A stretch of DNA of 44,686 nucleotides from an uncultured Eubacteriales bacterium (GTDB lineage Bacteria; Bacillota; Clostridia; Saccharofermentanales; UBA5734). The notes below the pieces were generated by a model. The model saw nothing but the letters and a program-made list of their open reading frames with translations, was not told the DNA's origin and made no database searches. The stretch spans positions 1 to 44,686 of the forward strand of contig CAIXGU010000050.1 in the NCBI GenBank assembly GCA_903919045.1. Direction: 5' to 3'. Both the position numbers and the translations under genes were made by a program. Of this stretch, positions 16,104-23,769 are shown in pieces. Within the stretch, counting starts at the first letter, position 1; every line of letters begins with the position of its first letter.

Positions 16104-16993
16104 ACGGCTCCGTCCCGACGCCCCGCATCCGTCCCGCGCCCGACGTCCGCCCTTCGCCCTCCGCCCGCCGACGCGGCCCCTTGGCCGACCGCGTCGCCTT
16201 CCTCATCGTCGTCTCCCTGCTCGCCCTCGGCGCGCTCCTCGTCGGCCTCCTCCCGCAGTTCCGCCTGGAGGCGTTCGAGACGACCGGCACGCGCGTGCTC
16301 GCGCCCGCGGACCTCGAAGCGGCGAGCGGCCTGAAGCGCGGGCAGGTCTTCCTCTCCGGCATCGGAGGCAGCCTGCTCGCGCTGTCGGAATTCCGCTACG
16401 GCGCTGCGGAGGACCGCCTCCTGCTCGCCTTCCCGTACCTCCGCTCCGTGGAGGTGCGCTTCCGGTTCCCGGGCCGCGCGTCGATCGAGGCCGTGGAGCG
16501 GGTCGAGGTGGCCTATCTCGCCGGGCACGACGGCATCGTCCTGATCGATTCCGACCACGTCGCGCTCGCGCTCCGCGACGGCGATCCGCCCGCGGGGATC
16601 CCCCTCGTCGAGGGCGTCGACATCCTCCAGTGCCGGCTCGGAGGCCCCGTCACGGTCGACCGGCCGTCCGCGCTCGACGACGCCCTCCTGCTCCTGTCCG
16701 CGGTGATCGAAGCCGACGGCGATACCCGCGGCGACCTCCGGCTCCTCTCGCTCGTCGTCTCGGTGCGTCCGGCCGCGGAGGACCTGATCTACATGACCCT
16801 GCGCCTGCCCGGCAGCGGCCGGGTGCTCCTCGTGCGCGCGGACGACCCGCGCGCCGGCGTCGCGGAGAAGATGCGCGTGCTCCGGTACGGCATCCTCCAG
16901 GGCAAGTTCGACGATCTCGGGCAGGGGATGCTCGACCTGTCGGGCGACACCATCCTCTTCATCCCGGACAAGAAGCAAGGAGGCGTCCCATGA
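16100..16993 (+). CDS. ftsQ: FtsQ/DivIB-type cell division protein (POTRA domain)
   Basis: A single TM (..VAFLIVVSLLALGALLVGLL..) is followed by a POTRA-like segment ..FRLEAFETTGTRVLAPADLEAASGLKRGQVF... The position before ftsZ is canonical. Sequence conservation in this family is weak. Confidence 0.75.
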   Translation: MNGSVPTPRIRPAPDVRPSPSARRRGPLADRVAFLIVVSLLALGALLVGLLPQFRLEAFETTGTRVLAPADLEAASGLKRGQVFLSGIGGSLLALSEFRYGAAEDRLLLAFPYLRSVEVRFRFPGRASIEAVERVEVAYLAGHDGIVLIDSDHVALALRDGDPPAGIPLVEGVDILQCRLGGPVTVDRPSALDDALLLLSAVIEADGDTRGDLRLLSLVVSVRPAAEDLIYMTLRLPGSGRVLLVRADDPRAGVAEKMRVLRYGILQGKFDDLGQGMLDLSGDTILFIPDKKQGGVP

Positions 16994-17364
16994 TCGCGCT
17001 GCTCGGACTCGTCATCGGCCTCATCGTCGGCATCTTCCTCAACGTCGACATCCCTCAGGCCTACTCCACCTATGTCGCCGTCGGCATCCTGGCGGCGAGC
17101 GACTCGATCGTCGGGGCCATGGCCGCGAACCTGCAGAACAAGTTCGACATGCCGCTGTTCCTCACGGGACTGCTCGGCAACGGCCTCATCGCGGTGGCCC
17201 TCGCCGCTCTCGGCGACCAGCTCGGCATCCCGCTGTACCTCGCCGCCGTCTTCGCCTTCGGGAACCGTCTCTTCCTGAACTTCTCCTTCATCCGGCGCAA
17301 CTGGCTCGAGCGCCTGCGCCGCCCGGCGGGCACGCCGGCCGACGACGTGGACAACAAGATGTAG
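16990..17364 (+). CDS. sbp: Small basic membrane protein (DUF1290 / Sbp family)
   Basis: ATGA overlap with the ftsQ stop. The translation ..LGLVIGLIVGIFLNVDIPQAYSTYVAVGILAASDSIVGA..LYLAAVFAFGNRLFLNFSFIRRN.. closely parallels my recollection of B. subtilis Sbp, which also lies between divIB and ftsA/ftsZ. Confidence 0.85.
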   Translation: MIALLGLVIGLIVGIFLNVDIPQAYSTYVAVGILAASDSIVGAMAANLQNKFDMPLFLTGLLGNGLIAVALAALGDQLGIPLYLAAVFAFGNRLFLNFSFIRRNWLERLRRPAGTPADDVDNKM

Positions 17365-17392
17365 CGCCCGGCCGCGCGCCGACCCCTACGGA

Positions 17393-17422
17393 TTGTTGAC
17401 GCGCGAGCGGTTGGTGTAGAAT
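17393..17422 (+). promoter_or_regulatory. Candidate ftsZ promoter (-35 TTGTTGACG region, -10 TAGAAT)
   Basis: TTGACG at 17396-17401 (15-nt spacer) or TTGTTG at 17393-17398 (18-nt spacer), with TAGAAT at 17417-17422. Both spacings are suboptimal. Confidence 0.4.
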
Positions 17423-17477
17423 GGGAGCGACCGGGACCCTCGAGGCGCCGGCGCACCCGGCAAGGGAGGGAGCCGAC

Positions 17478-18959
17478 ATGGCGGATTACCGCATGACCTA
17501 CGGCATGGAGAGCGAGAACTTCGCGACGATCAAGGTGATCGGCATCGGCGGCGGAGGCTGCAATGCGGTCGACCGCATGATCGAGGGCGACGTCCAGGGC
17601 ATCGAGTTCATCACGATCAACACCGACAACCAGGCGCTGCAGCGGACGCGCGCATCCGTCCGCATCCAGATCGGCGAGAAGATCACCCGCGGCCTCGGCT
17701 CCGGCGCCAACCCGGAGATCGGCGAGCGCGCGGCCGGCGAGTCGCGCGACGAGATCGGGCAGTCGATCCGGTCGGCCGACATGCTCTTCATCACGGCGGG
17801 CATGGGCGGCGGCACCGGCACCGGCGGCGCGCCCGTGATCGCCCAGGTCGCCCGCGAGATGGGCATCCTGACCGTCGGCATCGTCACCCGGCCGTTCCGC
17901 TTCGAGGGATCGCGCCGCATGCAGAACGCCGAGCGCGGCATCCGCGAGATGGAGAAGTACGTCGACTCCCTGATCGTCGTCCCGAACGACAAGCTCCTCG
18001 AGGTGGCGACCGCCGACACGACGATCGACGAGGCCTTCTCGATGGCCGACCAGATCCTGCGCTTCGGCGTCCAGGGAATCTCCGACCTCGTCGCGATCCC
18101 CGGCCTGATCAACCTCGACCTCGCCGACGTGCGTCGGATCATGACCAACGCCGGCGTGTGCCACATGGGCATGGGCCGCGCCTCCGGCGAGAACCGCGCC
18201 TCCGTCGCGATCCGCCAGGCGATCCACAGCCCGCTGCTCGACACGTCGATCGACGGGGCGAAGGGCGTGATCATCAACTTCACCGGCGGCCGCGACATGA
18301 AGATCCGCGAGGTCGACGAGGCCGCGTCCGTGGTCCGCGACACCGTCTCGCCCGACGCCGACATCATCTTCGGCGCCGTGGTCGACCCGAACATGTCCGA
18401 CGAGATCCAGATCACCGTGATCGCGAGCGGCTTCGACCGCGCCGCGGTCCCTCCGGGCCGCGCGAACGCCCTCCGGGGCGCGTCCGCCGGCGCCTCCTCC
18501 GCGCCGTCCGCTTCCGGCCTGGGCGCCGGCCCCTCCGCGGCGGCCGCGCCGTCGCCGGTGCGCGAGCCCGCTCCGTTCCCCGCCGAGATCGACCCGACCC
18601 TCGGCGACGTCCCCGACTTCCTCACGGGCGTCCCTTCCGGCGCGTCCGCCGGTTCGCCGGACGGCGCCCCGTCGCTCTTCGGCGCCTCGGCCTTCCCCGC
18701 GGCGGCCCCGACCGCGCCGGCGTCACCCGCATCCCGCGGCTCCGGCGGGTTCCTGAGCGTCGGCGACGACGACGGGGTCGAGGCCGCGACCGAAGCCGGC
18801 TACGAGCCGGATCCGGTCGCCGATCCGATCGAGGCCCGCAGGCCCGAGCCGGTCCGCCCGGAGCCTCCGCACGTCGAGCCGCCGCCCGAGAAGGAGCACC
18901 GCCGCTCCCGGATCCTGCCCTGGTTCCTCCAGGACGACGACAGCCGCTACAAGGACTGA
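17478..18959 (+). CDS. ftsZ: Cell division GTPase FtsZ with a long C-terminal extension
   Basis: The SD GGGAGGGAG lies 6 nt before ATG 17478. Motifs ..[14 protein letters not shown].. and the tubulin signature ..[16 protein letters not shown].. are present. I rejected the upstream ATG 17421 because it overlaps the -10 box. Confidence 0.95.
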   Translation: MADYRMTYGMESENFATIKVIGIGGGGCNAVDRMIEGDVQGIEFITINTDNQALQRTRASVRIQIGEKITRGLGSGANPEIGERAAGESRDEIGQSIRSADMLFITAGMGGGTGTGGAPVIAQVAREMGILTVGIVTRPFRFEGSRRMQNAERGIREMEKYVDSLIVVPNDKLLEVATADTTIDEAFSMADQILRFGVQGISDLVAIPGLINLDLADVRRIMTNAGVCHMGMGRASGENRASVAIRQAIHSPLLDTSIDGAKGVIINFTGGRDMKIREVDEAASVVRDTVSPDADIIFGAVVDPNMSDEIQITVIASGFDRAAVPPGRANALRGASAGASSAPSASGLGAGPSAAAAPSPVREPAPFPAEIDPTLGDVPDFLTGVPSGASAGSPDGAPSLFGASAFPAAAPTAPASPASRGSGGFLSVGDDDGVEAATEAGYEPDPVADPIEARRPEPVRPEPPHVEPPPEKEHRRSRILPWFLQDDDSRYKD

Positions 18960-18995
18960 CCCCTCGGAGACGGGGGAACGAAGGGGGGTGGACCG

Positions 18996-19454
<459 letters not shown>

Positions 19455-19473
19455 GCGTCGGGAGGCGCGGTCC

Positions 19474-20193
19474 GTGAAGAAGGCCCTCCTCGTCGACGAC
19501 GACGCGAACATCCGCGAGCTCCTCCGCCTCTACTTCGAGAAGGAGGGCTTCGCCGTGTCCGTCGCGGCCGACGGCGTCTCCGCGCTGCGGACCTTCCGCG
19601 AGGAGACGCCGGACGTCGTCGTGCTCGACATCATGATGCCGGGGATGGACGGCTTCGACGTGTGCCGCGAGATCCGCAAGGAGAGCCAGGTCCCGATCCT
19701 CATGCTCACCGCGCGCGGAGACACGCTCGACAAGGTCGTCGGACTCGAGCTCGGGTCGGACGACTGCATCCAGAAGCCGTTCGACCCGAAGGAGCTGATG
19801 GCCCGCGTCAAGGCCGTCCTGCGCCGCTTGAACGCCCAGACGGCGGCCGCCGCCTCGCCGGCGGGCGGCCCGATGCCCGGCGACGAGCCCGCGATCGAGC
19901 TGCCGGGACTGCGCATCGACAAGGTCCGGTTCCAGGTCCTCGTCGACGGGCGTCCCGTCGACATGCCGCCCAAGGAGCTCGAGCTCCTCTACCACCTCGC
20001 CTCGCACCCCGACCGCGTCTTCACGCGCGAGCAGCTCCTCGCGGGCGTCTGGGGCTACGATTTCTTCGGCGAGTCCCGCACCGTCGACGTCCACATCAAG
20101 CGCCTGCGCGAGAAGCTCGAGGCGGACGGGCCGCGTCCGGCCTGGCGGATCCGCACCGTCTGGGGCGTCGGCTACAAGTTCGAGACGGCGTGA
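19474..20193 (+). CDS. OmpR-family response regulator
   Basis: GTG start after the SD GGGAGG. Receiver motifs are ..LLVDDD.. and ..VVVLDIMMPGMDG.. The winged-helix C-terminus is ..RTVDVHIKRLREKL..IRTVWGVGYKFE... Confidence 0.92.
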   Translation: MKKALLVDDDANIRELLRLYFEKEGFAVSVAADGVSALRTFREETPDVVVLDIMMPGMDGFDVCREIRKESQVPILMLTARGDTLDKVVGLELGSDDCIQKPFDPKELMARVKAVLRRLNAQTAAAASPAGGPMPGDEPAIELPGLRIDKVRFQVLVDGRPVDMPPKELELLYHLASHPDRVFTREQLLAGVWGYDFFGESRTVDVHIKRLREKLEADGPRPAWRIRTVWGVGYKFETA

Positions 20194-21728
20194 TGCGCCG
20201 GCCCGCGCTGCGCACCTTCTCCGCCCGCACGGTCGTGCTCCTCGCGGTGGCCGTCGCGCTCGCGTTCCTCACGATGGGCCTCGTCTATTACCGGCTCGTC
20301 TCCAATTCGCTGCTGCAGCGCCAGGCGGTCGACCTGCGCGCGACCGCCTACGACGTCTCCGACACGTACATCGCGTTCCTCAACGAGCGCTACCGGACCG
20401 CCGCGGCGCCCTACTTCGTCCGCTATCTCCGCTCCACCGCCCGGAGCACCGGAAGCATCCTGTGGGTGATCGACCCGACGGGGGCGATCGTCTATTCGAC
20501 CGACATGCCCGGCGAGGTCGGGGAGCGCCTGGAGAAGCGGACCGACGGCACGTACGTCCTTCCGGACGCGTTCCGGTTCGACAGCGGCTACGACGGGCCC
20601 GACCGCCAGGTCTTCGGCGATTTCGAGGGACTCCTCGCGGGGACCGGCAGCCGCTGGGTCTCGGTGGCGATCCCGGTACGGGCGCCCTTCGGCGGCATGC
20701 TCGGCGAGATCCAGATCCACCACGCCTACAGCGATCCCTTCGACGCGCCTCAATTCCCCGTCGGGGCGCTCGTCGCGGCGGCACTGACGGCCTTCGGCGT
20801 CTCCCTCCTGTTCGGGGCGATCATGTCCCGCGCGATCACCCGCCCGATCCGGCAGATGACCGACCTCGCCTGGCGCGTCACGATCGGCGACTACAGCGTC
20901 CGGTACCCGCGCTCGGAGCTCGGGAAGCGGGCCCGCCGCCGACGGCGCGCCGTGTGGGGCGCGGGATCGGGCGACGATCTCGCGCACCTCGCCGACACGA
21001 TGGACTCGATGGTCGAGAAGCTCGACCGCACCGAACAGGACCGGCGCGAGTTCCTCGCGAACCTGTCGCACGACCTGCGCACGCCGCTCACGTCGGTCAA
21101 GGGCTACCTCGAGGGGATGCTCGACGGAACGATCCCGGAGGACCGACGCACGGAGTTCCTCCGCATCGTGCGCAACGAGTCGGTTCGCATGGAGGCGCTG
21201 GTGTCCGCGATGGCCGACGCGGCCGCGGTCGAGACGGGGAGGATGACCTACAGCGAGACCGAGTTCGACCTGAACGAGCGCATCCGCCTCGCGATCGTGG
21301 GGCTCCGGCCGCAGTCCGACGTGAAGCGGATCGAGGTCGCGACCGACCTCTACGACGAGGACGGCGACGGTGCGCTGCCCGTCCTCGGCGACCGCGACGC
21401 GATCGACCGGGTCCTCTACAACCTGCTGTCGAACGCCGTGAAGTTCACGCCGGATGGCGGGCATGTCCTCGTCTCGACGCGCCGCCTGCTGCGCGGCCGG
21501 GTCGCCGAGGCGACGATCGAGGACGACGGCCCCGGGATCCCCGAGGACGAGCGGCCCTACGTGTTCGACCGCTTCTACAAGGGCGACCCGTCCCGCGCGA
21601 CGGAGGGAAGCGGCCTCGGCCTGCATATCTGCCGGACGATCCTGGCCGCGCACGGCCAGGGCATCGACGTCGACGAGAGCCGGAACCTCGGCGGGGCGGC
21701 GTTCCGCTTCCATCTCCGCCTCGCCTGA
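20193..21728 (+). CDS. Sensor histidine kinase (two TM segments, extracytoplasmic loop, HAMP, HisKA, HATPase_c)
   Basis: The ATG overlaps the regulator stop (TGATG). H-box ..LANLSHDLRTPLTSVKGY.., N-box ..LYNLLSNAVKFT.., G1 ..DDGPGIPEDE.. and G2 ..GSGLGLHICR.. are all present. Confidence 0.92.
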   Translation: MRRPALRTFSARTVVLLAVAVALAFLTMGLVYYRLVSNSLLQRQAVDLRATAYDVSDTYIAFLNERYRTAAAPYFVRYLRSTARSTGSILWVIDPTGAIVYSTDMPGEVGERLEKRTDGTYVLPDAFRFDSGYDGPDRQVFGDFEGLLAGTGSRWVSVAIPVRAPFGGMLGEIQIHHAYSDPFDAPQFPVGALVAAALTAFGVSLLFGAIMSRAITRPIRQMTDLAWRVTIGDYSVRYPRSELGKRARRRRRAVWGAGSGDDLAHLADTMDSMVEKLDRTEQDRREFLANLSHDLRTPLTSVKGYLEGMLDGTIPEDRRTEFLRIVRNESVRMEALVSAMADAAAVETGRMTYSETEFDLNERIRLAIVGLRPQSDVKRIEVATDLYDEDGDGALPVLGDRDAIDRVLYNLLSNAVKFTPDGGHVLVSTRRLLRGRVAEATIEDDGPGIPEDERPYVFDRFYKGDPSRATEGSGLGLHICRTILAAHGQGIDVDESRNLGGAAFRFHLRLA

Positions 21729-21800
21729 AAGACCGCCGACGCCCTCCGTTCGGGCGGCAGCGGCTGCCATGATCCTCCACATTCCGCGCCCCGTTGTTCA

Positions 21801-21828
21801 TCGACTCGACACAAAGGCCGCATATAAT
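21801..21828 (+). promoter_or_regulatory. Candidate htrA promoter: consensus -10 TATAAT preceded by the direct repeat TCGACTCGAC
   Basis: TATAAT at 21823-21828, 78 nt before ATG 21906. TCGAC appears twice at 21801-21810, and TCGACT works as a weak -35 with a 16-nt spacer. Confidence 0.45.
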
Positions 21829-21905
21829 GGACCCATGGGCCGAACGGGCCCGCCGGGCGGCAGGAGCCGTCCGCGAACGGAACGCATGCACGGAGGTGCA
21901 CCCTC

Positions 21906-23066
21906 ATGACCGGAACCAGCCGCAGAATCATCGGATACGTCGCCGCCTGCCTGGCCAGCGCGATCGTCGGATCGGGCCTCACCGCCGGGACGCTCGTCCT
22001 CCTGTACCAGGGCGCGCTCCCGACGCCGTCCGCACAGCAGGAGCCGACCTCCACCCCGGCCCCGACCCTTCCTCCGCAGGAAGTGATCACGAAGATCGTC
22101 CCCGGCGACAACGCGGTCGTCCCGATCGCCGAGAAGGCGATGCCCTCGATCGTCGGCATCCGCGTCACCGACGGCACGACCGGACCGTTCGCCACGACCG
22201 ACGAGGGCTCGGGCATCGTCGTGTGGGCCGACGGCTACATCCTCACGAACAACCACGTCGTCGAGAACGTCTTCGACACCAACGGCGAGCTGATCACGGG
22301 CGCCACGATCGACGTCTACGTCCAGAACCGCGCGGACGCGTACCCGGCGACGGTCGTCGGGCGCGACGCGCGCACCGACCTCGCGCTGCTGAAGATCGAC
22401 GCGACCGACCTCACGCCGGCGGAGTTCGGCGACTCCGACAGGCTCGTCGTCGGCGAGCTGGCCGTCGCGATCGGCAATCCGGGAGGCCTCCAGTTCATGG
22501 GTTCGGTCACGTCGGGCATCATCAGCGGGCTCAACCGCGAGATCGTGTTCGAGGACGGGACGACCATGAAGCTGATCCAGACCGACGCCGCGGTCAACCC
22601 CGGGAATTCGGGCGGCGCCCTGCTCAACGCGGCCGGCCTCGTGATCGGCGTCAACAGCTCCGGCCTCAACAAGACGACCTACGAGGGCGTCAACTTCGCG
22701 ATCCCGTCGAACCTCGCGATGTCGATCGCCTCCGACCTGAAGGAGCACAAGTACGTGACGGGCCGCCCGTGGCTCGGCGTCACGGTCCTCTCCGACGCCC
22801 AGTACGCGTCGCTGCGGAACGGGCAGGGCTGGCCGGACGGCATCTACGTCAACTCCGTCCTCGCCGACGGCCCGGCCTACACCGCCGGCCTGCGCAAGGA
22901 CGACGTGATCACCGCGATGCAGGGCGTTCCCGTGCCCGACCTCGCGTCCTTCAAGGACCGTCTCGCGCTGCTCAAGCCGGGCGACACCGTCGCGTTCCGC
23001 GTCTACCGCACGTCGACGGGCGAGTATGATACCATCAAGGTGACCCTGCAGGAGAAGAAGAACTGA
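21906..23066 (+). CDS. HtrA/DegP-family (S1C) serine protease with an N-terminal membrane anchor and a C-terminal PDZ domain
   Basis: The catalytic triad context is ..ILTNNHVV.., ..TDLALLKID.. and ..VNPGNSGGALLN... A PDZ-like C-terminus ..GLRKDDVITAMQGVPV.. is present. Confidence 0.92.
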   Translation: MTGTSRRIIGYVAACLASAIVGSGLTAGTLVLLYQGALPTPSAQQEPTSTPAPTLPPQEVITKIVPGDNAVVPIAEKAMPSIVGIRVTDGTTGPFATTDEGSGIVVWADGYILTNNHVVENVFDTNGELITGATIDVYVQNRADAYPATVVGRDARTDLALLKIDATDLTPAEFGDSDRLVVGELAVAIGNPGGLQFMGSVTSGIISGLNREIVFEDGTTMKLIQTDAAVNPGNSGGALLNAAGLVIGVNSSGLNKTTYEGVNFAIPSNLAMSIASDLKEHKYVTGRPWLGVTVLSDAQYASLRNGQGWPDGIYVNSVLADGPAYTAGLRKDDVITAMQGVPVPDLASFKDRLALLKPGDTVAFRVYRTSTGEYDTIKVTLQEKKN

Positions 23067-23085
23067 CCCCGGGTCGGAGGGGTGC

Positions 23086-23769
23086 GTGGAGCGGAAGACG
23101 GCGGACGAGGTCCGGGAGATCCTGAAGGTCCTGGACCGCGAATACCCCGAGGCGGATTGCACGCTGGAGAACAAGGAGCCGTTCCGGCTCCTTGTTTCCG
23201 CCATCCTCGCCGCGCAGTGCACGGATGAACGGGTGAACCTCGTCGGGAAGACGCTCTTCGTCGCCTATCCCGACCCGAAGGCGTTCGCGCAGGCGCCGCT
23301 CGCGGAGCTCGAGGAAGCGGTCCGTCCCTGCGGCTTCTACCACGTGAAGGCCCGGTCGATCCAGGCGAGCGCGATGCGCATCCTGTCCTCGTTCGGCGGC
23401 GAGGTCCCCCGGACGATGGACGAGCTGCTCTCTCTGCCGGGCGTCGGCCGCAAGATCGCGAACCTGGTGCTCGGCGACTGCTTCGGCACGCCGGGCGTCG
23501 TCGTCGACACCCACGCGATGCGCCTCTCGCGGCGGATCGGGCTCTCCGACGCCGACACGCCCGAGCGCATCGAGCGCGACCTCCTGAGGATCGTGCCCCC
23601 CGAGCGCCAGACCGACTTCGGCCACCTCCTGGTCGCGCACGGAAGGAAGTTCTGCATCGCGCGGCGCCCCCGCTGCCCGGCCTGTCCGCTGCGCCCCCTG
23701 TGCGACTACGGACGGTCCGCCGCAGCGGCCGGTCCCGCCGCGTCCGGCGCGGAGGGGCGGCGCCCGTGA
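23086..23769 (+). CDS. nth: Endonuclease III (DNA-(apurinic or apyrimidinic site) lyase)
   Basis: HhH-GPD motif ..LLSLPGVGRKIANLVL..VVDTH.. and the 4Fe-4S cluster loop C-x6-C-x2-C-x5-C (..CIARRPRCPACPLRPLC..) are present. GTG start. Confidence 0.93.
   Translation: MERKTADEVREILKVLDREYPEADCTLENKEPFRLLVSAILAAQCTDERVNLVGKTLFVAYPDPKAFAQAPLAELEEAVRPCGFYHVKARSIQASAMRILSSFGGEVPRTMDELLSLPGVGRKIANLVLGDCFGTPGVVVDTHAMRLSRRIGLSDADTPERIERDLLRIVPPERQTDFGHLLVAHGRKFCIARRPRCPACPLRPLCDYGRSAAAAGPAASGAEGRRP

Noticed and set aside
21729-21800. An intrinsic terminator after the histidine kinase gene.
   Set aside because: Only short, interrupted GC pairings can be drawn (for example GCCC..GGGC). There is no convincing stem or T-tract.
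23026-23040. The 12-mer ATGATACCATCA is shared between the htrA 3' end (about 23027) and the ribBA/PAP2 divergent spacer (about 34035). I considered it as a possible common regulatory motif.
   Set aside because: A single shared 12-mer in about 45 kb is within chance expectation. One copy is plain coding sequence, and the element has no symmetry or phasing.
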